The notes below the pieces were generated by a model. That model was not told where the DNA came from. It saw only the letters and a program-made list of their open reading frames with translations, and did no database searches. Below, one piece after another: positions 16,980-27,200 of a stretch of DNA of 64,000 nt. The DNA lies in assembly GCA_964410185.1 (NCBI GenBank), contig CAYPFM010000003.1, positions 18,437-82,436 on the forward strand, given 5' to 3'. Position 1 is the first letter of the stretch; each line of letters starts with the position of its first letter. The translations under genes were made by a program, and so were the position numbers. The DNA is from an uncultured Candidatus Saccharibacteria bacterium. GTDB taxonomy: Bacteria; Patescibacteriota; Saccharimonadia; Saccharimonadales; JAUPVS01.

Positions 16980-19067
16980 CTACTTGGCGTTCTTGGCAAT
17001 AATCGCTTCGGCTACGTGACCAGGCACATCGGCGTAGTGGTCAAGCTCCATGCTGGAGCTGGCACGACCCTGGGTCGAGCTACGCAGGTTGGTAGTGTAA
17101 CCAAACATTTCACCGAGTGGTACGAAAGCGGTAATTTCTTTAACACCGCCGGGGAGGTCTTCCATCGATTCAATGCGACCACGCTTGGCGTTCAAATCGC
17201 CAATGACGTCACCCATGAACTGTTCTGGAGTTACGACGACCACTTTCATGATCGGCTCCATCAAGACTGGATTAGCGGCCTTAACACCGGCCTGCAGACC
17301 CATCGAGCCAGCAATCTTGAAGGCCATTTCGTTAGAGTCAACTTCGTGGAAGGAACCATCATACAGTTCAGCCTTGATGTCAACGACTGGGTAACCAGCC
17401 AAGACACCGTTCGCCATAGCTTCTTTAATACCTTCGTCAACTGGCTTGATGTATTCGCTTGGAACCACACCACCCTTGATAGAGTTGATGAATTCGTAGC
17501 CCTTACCCGGTTCGTTTTGACTCAAGCGCAACCAGACGTGACCATACTGACCACGACCACCAGACTGGCGGACAAACTTACCTTCGGCTTCGACGGCATC
17601 CTTGCGGATGGTTTCGCGGTAGGCAACCTGTGGCTGACCGATGTTGGCTTCGACATTAAATTCGCGCTTCATACGGTCAACAAGGATTTCGAGGTGCAAC
17701 TCACCCATACCACTAATGATGGTTTGAGCGGTTTCATCGTCCACACGGACGCGGAAAGTTGGGTCTTCTTCGGCTAAGCGCTGCAAGGCGATTGACATCT
17801 TGTCTTGGTCGGACTTGGTCTTTGGCTCGATAGCAATGCTGACGGGAGGTTCTGGGAAGGTGATGCTTTCCAAAACAATTGGGTTAGCGGCGTCACACAG
17901 GGTGTGACCGGTGGTAGTACCCTTGAGACCAACGATGGCAGCAATGTCACCAGCACCGACTTCAGTCACGTCTTCGCGCTTGTCGGCCTGGAGGCGGACG
18001 ATGCGGCCAACACGTTCTTTTTGGCCAGTTGAGCTGTTCAAAACGTAAGAACCAGCGGTAACCTTACCCGAGTACACGCGGAAGTAAGCTAATTTACCAA
18101 CAAATGGGTCAGTCGTGATTTTAAAGGCCAGGCTGGCAAATGGCTGTGACTCATCGGGCTTGCGCTCGATTTCTTCGTCGTTCTTAGGGTTCTTGCCCCA
18201 AGTTGAACCGATGTCCAGTGGGCTTGGTAGGTAGTCGTTAACCAGGTCGAGGACTTTTTCGACGATTACACCACGGCCGTCACCACCTGTGACGATAAAG
18301 AACTTACCAGTCAAAACAGCGGTACGGATAGCTTGCTTGATTTCGTCCTTGCTGAGGCCTTCTTCGCCAACTTCAAAGTACTTCTCGAGGATGGCTTCAT
18401 CTTCGGCCACCGCATTCTCGATGAGCAGGCTGCGGGCTTTCTTAGCTTGGTCAAGCATATCTTCTGGGATCTCCGCTTCGACCAATTCTTTGTCGTGGAA
18501 CTCGGTGTAGGTGTAGGCCTTCATGTCAACGAGGTCGATCAGACCGTTAATTGACTGTTCGAAACCAATTGGCAGGTGAATCGGGAAGGCGCGCTTGTTG
18601 AGGCGAGCGTGGATAGAGTCGAGAGACTTGTAGAAATCGCCACCGGTTTGGTTGATCTTGTTGATGAAACAGATACGAGGCACACCGTACTTGTCGGCTT
18701 GGCGCCAAACAGTTTCGGACTGTGATTCGACACCCATCTTGCCGTCAAAGACCACACAGGCACCGTCGAGGACGCGCAGTGAGCGCTCAACTTCGACCGT
18801 GAAGTCAATGTGACCTGGGGTATCAATAATGTTAATCTGGTGACCCTTCCAGAAGCAAGTAACAGAGGCAGCAACAATGGTAATACCACGTTCGCGCTCT
18901 TGTTCCATCCAGTCAGTAGTGGTTTCACCTTCGTGCACGGCACCAATCTTGTGATTAAGCCCAGTGCGGTACAAAATACCTTCCGTCGTTGTAGTCTTAC
19001 CGGCATCAATGTGCGCGATAATACCAAGGTTACGGATGTTCTTCATTTCAGTTTTCTTTGTTGCCAT
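16980..19067 (-). CDS. fusA: elongation factor G
   Basis: 695 aa containing AHIDAGKTTTTE, DTPGHIDF and NKIN. Confidence 0.98.
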   Translation of the reverse strand: MATKKTEMKNIRNLGIIAHIDAGKTTTTEGILYRTGLNHKIGAVHEGETTTDWMEQERERGITIVAASVTCFWKGHQINIIDTPGHIDFTVEVERSLRVLDGACVVFDGKMGVESQSETVWRQADKYGVPRICFINKINQTGGDFYKSLDSIHARLNKRAFPIHLPIGFEQSINGLIDLVDMKAYTYTEFHDKELVEAEIPEDMLDQAKKARSLLIENAVAEDEAILEKYFEVGEEGLSKDEIKQAIRTAVLTGKFFIVTGGDGRGVIVEKVLDLVNDYLPSPLDIGSTWGKNPKNDEEIERKPDESQPFASLAFKITTDPFVGKLAYFRVYSGKVTAGSYVLNSSTGQKERVGRIVRLQADKREDVTEVGAGDIAAIVGLKGTTTGHTLCDAANPIVLESITFPEPPVSIAIEPKTKSDQDKMSIALQRLAEEDPTFRVRVDDETAQTIISGMGELHLEILVDRMKREFNVEANIGQPQVAYRETIRKDAVEAEGKFVRQSGGRGQYGHVWLRLSQNEPGKGYEFINSIKGGVVPSEYIKPVDEGIKEAMANGVLAGYPVVDIKAELYDGSFHEVDSNEMAFKIAGSMGLQAGVKAANPVLMEPIMKVVVVTPEQFMGDVIGDLNAKRGRIESMEDLPGGVKEITAFVPLGEMFGYTTNLRSSTQGRASSSMELDHYADVPGHVAEAIIAKNAK

Positions 19068-19094
19068 GTATCAATACCTACCCTGTCTTAATAT

Positions 19095-19430
19095 TTAAAA
19101 GTTCTCGATGAAATAATTTGCGCTAGTTAAGTAGCCAAGTTCTTCGGCAATAGTCGCCATTGTGTGTTTGATTCTTGTCTTGTTTGTAGGTTCTTCTGTT
19201 GAACCGGCCGCAGACTCTTCTTGCATCAAGTATGAGAGTGTCGTCGCCTCCTGCCCTACGATAGGTGCCCACAGTCTAACGTTGTGTTCTCCGCCGATGC
19301 TCTCAAGAAAGTCTGCCGAGAGGTGGACTGGTGGCTGAATTCTGACAAGACCACCAGCAAAATCATTATTCGTACCTACGGTTATTTCATATCTGCCATA
19401 GGGTGATGGGATTCCAAAAAATTCAGACAT
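19095..19430 (-). CDS. hypothetical acidic protein (orf111) between rpsG and fusA
   Basis: 111 aa ORF starting 12 nt after the rpsG stop and ending 27 nt before the fusA ATG. No recognisable motif. Confidence 0.55.
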   Translation of the reverse strand: MSEFFGIPSPYGRYEITVGTNNDFAGGLVRIQPPVHLSADFLESIGGEHNVRLWAPIVGQEATTLSYLMQEESAAGSTEEPTNKTRIKHTMATIAEELGYLTSANYFIENF

Positions 19431-19442
19431 CTCTGGGTTAAC

Positions 19443-19919
19443 CTATCTCGCAAAGTGAGCGAAGGCGCGGTTGGCTTCGGCCATCTTATGGGTATCTTCA
19501 CGCTTCTTAACTGAGGTACCAGTGTTGTTGTAAGCATCAACCAGTTCGTTGGCGATGCGGTCTTCCATGCTCATGCCCTTTTTGGCGCGAGCGGCGGCGA
19601 CGAACCACATCATGGTGAGGTGATTCTGGCGCTGACCCTTAACTTCAAACGGAATCTGGTAGTTAGCACCACCAACACGGCGAGAGCGAGTCTCGACCTG
19701 TGGCTGAATGTTCTTCATGGCTTGCTCAAAAACATCTAAAGGATTCTTGACCTTGAGCTTGTCGGCAGCTTTTTGCATACCACCGTAAACCAGGCGTTCA
19801 GCCAGTTGCTTCTTACCGTTCAACATAACGCGGTTGATAAGGCGCTGAACCTGCACGCTGTTGTACAAGCGGTCAGCTGGAATGTCACGAACTAATGATT
19901 TGGTTACTTTACGTGGCAT
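19443..19919 (-). CDS. rpsG: 30S ribosomal protein S7
   Basis: 158 aa starting [16 protein letters not shown] and ending ...ANRAFAHFAR. Confidence 0.97.
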   Translation of the reverse strand: MPRKVTKSLVRDIPADRLYNSVQVQRLINRVMLNGKKQLAERLVYGGMQKAADKLKVKNPLDVFEQAMKNIQPQVETRSRRVGGANYQIPFEVKGQRQNHLTMMWFVAAARAKKGMSMEDRIANELVDAYNNTGTSVKKREDTHKMAEANRAFAHFAR

Positions 19920-20332
19920 TACTTGCTCTCCTTCTTGGCACCGTACTTAGAACGGCCCTGTTTGCGACCCTGAACACCCTGAAGGTCCAAGGCGCCGCGA
20001 ACGATGTGATAGCGCACACCTGGAAGGTCCTTAACGCGACCACCGCGGACCAGCACGACGGCGTGTTCTTGGAGGTTGTGACCCTCACCACCGATGTAAG
20101 CCCAAACTTCTTGGCCGTTTTGCAAACGGACACGAGCGACCTTACGCAAAGCCGAGTTAGGCTTCTTTGGTGTCTTGGTAGTAACTTTGACACAAACGCC
20201 GCGCTTGAATGGTGCGGACTTTTCGTAGTTGACGTTGCGCAGGTTATTGGTAACCTTGTGCAACGCTGGCGACTTAGACTTGGTCGACTTGTCGGTTCGG
20301 CCTTTGCGCACTAATTGATTGATTGTTGGCAT
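19919..20332 (-). CDS. rpsL: 30S ribosomal protein S12
   Basis: 137 aa starting [12 protein letters not shown], with [16 protein letters not shown] Shine-Dalgarno upstream. Confidence 0.98.
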   Translation of the reverse strand: MPTINQLVRKGRTDKSTKSKSPALHKVTNNLRNVNYEKSAPFKRGVCVKVTTKTPKKPNSALRKVARVRLQNGQEVWAYIGGEGHNLQEHAVVLVRGGRVKDLPGVRYHIVRGALDLQGVQGRKQGRSKYGAKKESK

Positions 20333-20432
20333 ATATCTCCTTGATGGTTGTAATCTGCTGCAGCGGGGGCTATGCCTGGCGCCCTGGCTCGGACTACTTA
20401 TGGTTTATAAACTAATTCTAACAGATAACAGC

Positions 20433-23400
20433 TTAGGCTGCAACTTCTTCAGTTACGTCGGCTTCGTCACCTAACAAAACTTCGTCTTCATCTTCGTCAG
20501 GTTGGTAGCCAGTTCCAACTGGAATTGGGCGACCCAAGATGACGTTTTCCTTGAGACCGTACAGGTGGTCGACCTTACCGCTGGTAGCGGCGCTGATCAA
20601 TACACGGGTGGTGTCTTGGAATGAAGCGGCTGATAGGAATGACTCGGTTGACAGTGACGACTTGGTGATACCAAGCAACAGCTGTGTAAAGACGATTGGC
20701 TGCTTACCTTCTTTAAGAAGTTCGGCGTTGAGTTCGAGGACAGCAATCTTGCTGGCAATGTCGCCAGTCACGAGTTCGCTGTCACCAGCGTCTTCGATCT
20801 GAACACGGCTAAACATCTGGCGCACAATGATTTCAAGGTGCTTGTCGGCGATGTTTTGGCCCTGTGAAGCAAAGATACGCAGGACTTCGTTCATGATGTA
20901 ACGCTGTGCGGCTTCGATACCCTGGAGGGTCATCAGCTCGTGCAGGTTAATTGAACCGTTTGTCAGGCGTTGACCAGGAGTAACTTCGTCACCATCCTTA
21001 ACTAAGACTTGCTTGTAGCTAGGGATTTCGTAACGCATGGTGGTCTTAGCGGTTGGCACAATGCTGATGGTCTTCTTCTTGACATCAAGCTTGCCCGGCA
21101 TGGTGGCAGTGATTGGCTCAGAGTTATCTTCCATGGCAGCTATGACGTCGCCTACAGCAACTTCGGCACCATGCTTAACTTTAGCTTCACGACCAGCCAG
21201 CTGGAAGACAACCTTTTCTTGGCCTTCGGCAGTAACTTCGACGATGTATTTGTCACCGTCTTCCCAGGTCTTGACCACACCAGCGATGTCAGCCAGGAAG
21301 GCTTGACCCTTTGGTTGGCGAACTTCAAAGAGTTCTTCGACACGAGGCAGACCGGTGGTAATGTCTTCACCGGCAACACCACCGGAGTGGAAGGTTCGCA
21401 GGGTTAGCTGCGTACCAGGCTCACCAATGGATTGAGCGGCAATAACACCAACTGGGTGTCGTTCGGATACAACTTCACCAGTAGCAGGGTCGATACCGTA
21501 GGACTTGCGGGCTACGCCACGAACAGTTGTGCAGCTCAGGACACTCATGATGCGAACACCATCAAGTGACTCGTCAGCGTCGATAGCGGCAGCGATTTCG
21601 GCCGTGATCATTTGACCACGCTTAACGTGCTTACCAATGTTTTCGGCTGAGAAGCGACCGACTAAGCGACTTGCTAGGGTAACGCCAATCTCGGCAGCGT
21701 CGGCACGGTAGATTGGGAAACCAAGGTCGCCAGCGTTTTCTTCTTCGGTGGTAAAGACATCCTGAGAGACGTCAACCAAACGACGAGTCAGATAACCAGA
21801 GTCAGCGGTCTTGAGGGCGGTGTCAATCATACCCTTACGTGCACCACGAGTGGCGGTAAAGTATTCCAGTGGGCTAAAACCACTCTTATAGTTCGACTTA
21901 ATTGGCAGCTCAATGGTGCGGCCAGTCGCGTCTGCAACCAGACCGAACATACCAACGGCGGTGTTTACCTGACCGATGTTACCACGAGCACCAGAGACCA
22001 CGGCGGTCGACATGGCGTTGTCTTCGGTCGCAAATTGCTTAACCAAGGCGGCCTGAACGTCGTTACCGACTTCGGTCCAGCCTTCGATGGTTAGGCGGTA
22101 GCGCTCTTCCTCGGTAATGAAACCTTGGTTGAACTGTTCACTCACTTCAGCAACGCGGTCCTCACCCTTCTTCAAAAGATCTTGGAGACCCTTCACTTCG
22201 GTGAAGTCGTCCATACCCATTGAAAGGCCAGACTTGGTAGCGTATTCAAAGCCGAGGTCCTTAAGATCGTCGGCGATTTCGGCTGTCTTGGCTTGACCAT
22301 ACTTCTGGTAGGCCAATGACATGGATTGCTGCAGTTTCTTCTTGGTCATAGCCTCGTCTTGGAATGGGAAGTCTTCGGGGAAGATTTCGCTGAACAGGAT
22401 GCGACCCAATGTAGTGGTGCGCATTTCGCCACGGAATGGCATCTTTACAAAACTTTGCAGAGTTGTCTTACCGGCATCCAAAGCCATCAAGGCTTCTTCG
22501 AGGCTTGAGAACGGCTGAACCGTCTTGTCCTGGCCAGGGCGTTCGTAGGTCAGGTAGTAACAACCGAGCACGATATCTTGTTCGATGTGCAGAATTGGCG
22601 AACCATCGGCTGGCTTCAGCAAGTTAACGTTGCTAGCCATGATGTTCTTGGCTTCGGCCTGCGCCTTATCTGACAAAGGAAGGTGCACGGCCATCTGGTC
22701 ACCATCAAAGTCGGCGTTGAAGCCCTTACATACCAATGGATGTAGCTGAATAGCCTTACCTTCGATCAAAACTGGCTGGAAGGCCTGGATTGATAGACGG
22801 TGGAGTGACGGCGCACGGTTCAACAGCACGTACTTGCCGCTGGTTACCTTGTCGAGCGCGTCCCAAACTGGGGTTTCACCAGCTTCGATCATACGAGTAG
22901 CGGAACGAATGTTGTGAGCATGCTCATTTTCGATCAATTCACCAATAACGAATGGCTTGAAGAGTTCCAAGGCCATCATCTTTGGCAAACCACACTGGTA
23001 GATCTTGAGTTCTGGACCAGCCACGATAACCGAGCGACCAGAGTAGTCAACACGCTTACCGAGCAAGTTCTGGCGGAATCGACCCTGCTTACCCTTGAGC
23101 ATGTCTGACAGGCTCTTGAGGCGGCGGCGCTGGCCAGTAGCGGCCACGGCGCGGCCACTGCGGGCGTTGCTGTTGTCGATCAAAGCGTCAACGGCTTCTT
23201 GCAACATACGCTGTTCGTTACGGCGGATAACTTCTGGGGCGTTCAAGTCAATCAGCTTCTTCAAACGGTTGTTGCGGTTAATAACGCGGCGATACAAGTC
23301 GTTTAAGTCGCTGGTAGCAAAACGGCCACCAGTCAGCTGCACCATTGGGCGAAGGTCCGGAGGAATAACTGGCAAAACGGTTACAGTCAGGCTTGAAGGC

Positions 23401-24266
23401 TCGATGTTGGCGCGCTGCATGCTTTCCAGCAAACGAAGGCGCTTGAGCAGCTTCTTCTTGCGCTGACCCTTCGCTTCGTCAGCTTCGGCAGTCAAGTCGA
23501 TAATCAGTTGATCAAGGTCAACTTTGTCGAGCAAGTCTTTAAGAGCTGAACCACCCATACCAACAGTGATTAGTTCCTGCAGGTCTTCGGGCAAGCCACG
23601 ATAGTCAGTTTCGTTGATCAGGTTGAACTTGTCCAAACCTTGCAACTGCGCCTTAAGGGTTTCCCACTCCATTTCGTGCTCTTCGAGCTCTTTGGTCTGA
23701 GCTTCGGCCAAAGCCTTAACATCAGCACCATCTTCTTTGGCCTGGTTCTCGAAGCGCAACTTAATGGCTTCTTTGCCGGCCTCGAATTCAGCTTCTTTGT
23801 CGGCCATCATCTTGTCGCGCTTGTCAGCATCAACAGTCTTGATAACGTAACTGGCAAAGTAAGCGATCCGCTCCAAGTTCTTAACGGTCATGCCCAAAAC
23901 TAAACCAATAGCTGATGGGGTGCCGCGCAAGAACCAGATGTGTGCCACTGGGCTGGCGAGGCTAATGTGACCCATGCGTTCACGGCGAACGATCGACTTG
24001 GTGACAATTTCACCATTTTTGTCGATAGCGGCTTCGCGTGAGCGAACACCCTTGTACTTGGCATCATGCGGGTTAATGTCTTTGACTGGACCAAAGATCC
24101 GTTCGCAGAACAAACCATCGCGTTCTGGTTTTTGAGTTCGGTAGTTAATTGTTTCTGGCTTGGTGACTTCACCGTATGACCAGTCGAGGATGTCGCTAGG
24201 GTTGGCAACCGCCAAACGCACAGCGTCAAAATCGGCGATATCGGTTCCTGAGTTATAACGGCGCAT
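20433..24266 (-). CDS. rpoC: DNA-directed RNA polymerase subunit beta'
   Basis: 1277 aa containing the catalytic motif NADFDGDQMAVH. The ATG overlaps the rpoB stop. Confidence 0.98.
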   Translation of the reverse strand: MRRYNSGTDIADFDAVRLAVANPSDILDWSYGEVTKPETINYRTQKPERDGLFCERIFGPVKDINPHDAKYKGVRSREAAIDKNGEIVTKSIVRRERMGHISLASPVAHIWFLRGTPSAIGLVLGMTVKNLERIAYFASYVIKTVDADKRDKMMADKEAEFEAGKEAIKLRFENQAKEDGADVKALAEAQTKELEEHEMEWETLKAQLQGLDKFNLINETDYRGLPEDLQELITVGMGGSALKDLLDKVDLDQLIIDLTAEADEAKGQRKKKLLKRLRLLESMQRANIEPSSLTVTVLPVIPPDLRPMVQLTGGRFATSDLNDLYRRVINRNNRLKKLIDLNAPEVIRRNEQRMLQEAVDALIDNSNARSGRAVAATGQRRRLKSLSDMLKGKQGRFRQNLLGKRVDYSGRSVIVAGPELKIYQCGLPKMMALELFKPFVIGELIENEHAHNIRSATRMIEAGETPVWDALDKVTSGKYVLLNRAPSLHRLSIQAFQPVLIEGKAIQLHPLVCKGFNADFDGDQMAVHLPLSDKAQAEAKNIMASNVNLLKPADGSPILHIEQDIVLGCYYLTYERPGQDKTVQPFSSLEEALMALDAGKTTLQSFVKMPFRGEMRTTTLGRILFSEIFPEDFPFQDEAMTKKKLQQSMSLAYQKYGQAKTAEIADDLKDLGFEYATKSGLSMGMDDFTEVKGLQDLLKKGEDRVAEVSEQFNQGFITEEERYRLTIEGWTEVGNDVQAALVKQFATEDNAMSTAVVSGARGNIGQVNTAVGMFGLVADATGRTIELPIKSNYKSGFSPLEYFTATRGARKGMIDTALKTADSGYLTRRLVDVSQDVFTTEEENAGDLGFPIYRADAAEIGVTLASRLVGRFSAENIGKHVKRGQMITAEIAAAIDADESLDGVRIMSVLSCTTVRGVARKSYGIDPATGEVVSERHPVGVIAAQSIGEPGTQLTLRTFHSGGVAGEDITTGLPRVEELFEVRQPKGQAFLADIAGVVKTWEDGDKYIVEVTAEGQEKVVFQLAGREAKVKHGAEVAVGDVIAAMEDNSEPITATMPGKLDVKKKTISIVPTAKTTMRYEIPSYKQVLVKDGDEVTPGQRLTNGSINLHELMTLQGIEAAQRYIMNEVLRIFASQGQNIADKHLEIIVRQMFSRVQIEDAGDSELVTGDIASKIAVLELNAELLKEGKQPIVFTQLLLGITKSSLSTESFLSAASFQDTTRVLISAATSGKVDHLYGLKENVILGRPIPVGTGYQPDEDEDEVLLGDEADVTEEVAA

Positions 24267-27200
24267 TATTCTTCTCCCTCTTCTTCTTTGACATCTTCAT
24301 CGGCAGGTGTACCCACTAACTCGGTGCGATCATCGTCTTCATCACTTGGGTTTTCATCGACAGCAATAGTGGCGACGTTACCATCAGCGTCAGTGTCCAT
24401 GAGGACAAATTCGTCACTCACGTCGCTAACCAAGTCTTGGCTAATATCAACATCGGAGATGCTTGGAGCTGGCACGGCAATTTCGGCTGGGTGGCTGGCT
24501 TCGTCCTTAACGTTCTCGGCCAAAACCACTTCGGCATCGACAACAGCGTCGGAGTGTACCAGGTCAACCTTGAGGCCGAGACCCTGCAATTCCTTAACAA
24601 GCACGTTGAAGCTTTCTGGAACCTTTGGACCAACAATTTCGGTCTTCTTAATGATGGACTCGTAGGCCTTGGAACGTCCGTAGACGTCGTCGGACTTAAT
24701 GGTGAGCATTTCTTGGAGCGTATTAGCGGCGCCATAGGCTTCGAGAGCCCAGACTTCCATTTCTCCAAAGCGCTGACCACCGTTTTGAGCCTTACCACCG
24801 AGCGGCTGCTGGGTAACCATGGTGTATGGACCAGTTGAGCGAGCGTGGATCTTGTCGGTAACCATGTGGTTCAACTTAATCATGTACATCGAACCAACCG
24901 TGGTGCGTTCCTTGTACGGTTCGCCGGTGCGACCGTCGTAGAGCTGTTGCTTACCATCGCGTGGCAGGCCAGCTTCTTCGAGCAGGTCTTGGATTTTTTC
25001 GATTGGGACACCGTTGAATGATGGGCTGGCAACTTTGATTCCCAAAGCGCGAGCAGCCATACCAAGGTGAGTTTCGAACAACTGACCGACGTTCATACGA
25101 CTTGGCACACCGAGTGGGTTCAAGATGATGTCGACAGGCGTACCGTCTTCCATGAATGGCATGTCTTCGACCGGCATAACGCGGGCGATAACACCCTTGT
25201 TACCGTGACGACCACCGAGCTTATCACCAACGCTAATCTTGCGCATCTGAGCCACAAAGACTTGGATTTGCATCAAGACACCGGCTTTGAGCTCGTGACC
25301 ATTGGCGCGGCTGAAGACTTTGACGCCGACAACCTTACCGTGCTTACCGTTACTCATGCGCTGTGAGGTATCGCGAACTTCCTTGGCTTTTTCACCAAAG
25401 ATGGCGCGCAACAGACGTTCTTCGGAACTGAGTTCCTGCTCACCCTTAGGGGTAATCTTACCAACCAGGATGTCGCCAGGATGAACTTCGGCACCAATAC
25501 GAACGATACCGTCGTCATCGAGGTGGCGCAGGGCTTCCTCGGAAACATTTGGAATATCGCGGGTGACAATTTCTGGGCCAAGCTTGGTTTCACGAACTTC
25601 GGTCATGTAGTCGACGATGTGGACTGAAGTGAGCGTGTCATCTTCTACTAAGCGGCGGCTAATAATCATGGCGTCTTCGAAGTTGTAACCGTGCCATGGC
25701 ATAAAGGCGGCAATCAGATCTTTACCAAGGGCTAGTTCACCGGCAGCAACCGACATACCTTCAATCAGGACATCGCCCTTTTTGACTTTGTCGCCACTGT
25801 TAACAACCACACGTTGGTTAATTGAAGTACCTTCGTTGGAGCGAATGTAGTGCATTGGCTCGTACTTAACAGTGCCTTCTTTGTACTTAACGGTAATTTC
25901 TTTAGCGTTTGACTTGGTGACTTCACCGTCAGCCTCGGCCAGAACAACCTGACCACTGTTACGAGCGACCACGCCCTCGAGACCAGTACCAACAATTGGA
26001 CTCGCTGGGCGAATCAGTGGAACGGCCTGGCGTTGCTGGTTAGAACCCATCAACGAGCGGTACACATAGTTCTTTTCGACAAATGGAATCAGACCAGCTG
26101 AAGAACCGATAATTTGCTTGCGGCTAGCGTCCATGTGGGTAATTGAGTCAGCATCGACTTCACCAGATTGCAGGTGCGAACGGGCACTAACACGGCGAGC
26201 GATAAAGACACCGTTTTCGTCAACTGGCTCAGAAGCGTTGGCAATAACCGCAGCTTCTTCATCAGCAGCGTCCAGGTAGACAACTTCGTTGGTTACTTGG
26301 GCACGAACTGGCCAAGTGGTGCGACCACCTTTTTCGAGCTTCTTGGCGTCGGCAGCAGTAATGGTGGCACCGGCCTTAACCAATAGCTTGCCGTCTTTAT
26401 CTTCTAAATCAACGGCAGCAACGCGGCCAACCGCTTCTTTAGGAGTAACAGCATTGCTAACCTTGCGGTAAGGCGTTTCGATAAAGCCATAGTCGTTAAT
26501 GCGAGCGTAACCGGCCAAGTTCAATACCAAACCAATGTTGGCACCTTCTGGGGTTTCGACAGCACAGATACGACCGTAGTGAGTGGCGTGAGCATCGCGG
26601 ACTTCAAAGCCAGCACGTTCACGACTCAAACCACCAGGGCCCATCGAGCTGAGGCGGCGCTTGTGAGCCAACTCGCTGAGTGGGTTAATCTGGTCCATGA
26701 ACTGTGACAATTGTGAGCTGGCGAAGAATTCACGAACGGCGGCCACGACTGGGCGAGCGTTAATCAGCTGAGCTGGCGTAACGGTCTCGATTTCGCTCAT
26801 CGACATGCGGTCTTTGGTGTTGCGTTCCATGCGGAGCAAACCAATGCGGAACTGGCGCTGGACCAATTCACCAACTAATTTGACGCGGCGGTTGGCCAGT
26901 GAGTCGATATCGTCAGCTGGTTCCTGCGTGTTGTTCATGCGAATAATTTCGGCAATGATAGCGATCAGGTCCTCTAGGCGCATGACGCGGTTCTCGGTAG
27001 TGTTTGGAATGTCTATATTAAGACGCTTGTTGATCTTGTAGCGACCAACGCGACTGAAGTCGAAGCGTTTGAAGTTGTAGAACATGTTTTCGAGCAATGA
27101 ACGGGCGTTATCAACGGTAGCCAAATCACCAGGGCGAAGGCGGCGATAGACTTCGATAAGCGCATCGTTGGCACCACGACTAGAGTCCTTGTCGAGAGTG

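Noticed and set aside
16896-17777. 293-aa plus-strand ORF (and neighbouring plus-strand ORFs at 16489-16914 and 17805-18032) antisense to fusA and orf185
   Set aside because: It lies entirely inside the strongly supported fusA gene on the other strand. Its composition is low-complexity and typical of shadow ORFs. There are no start signals.
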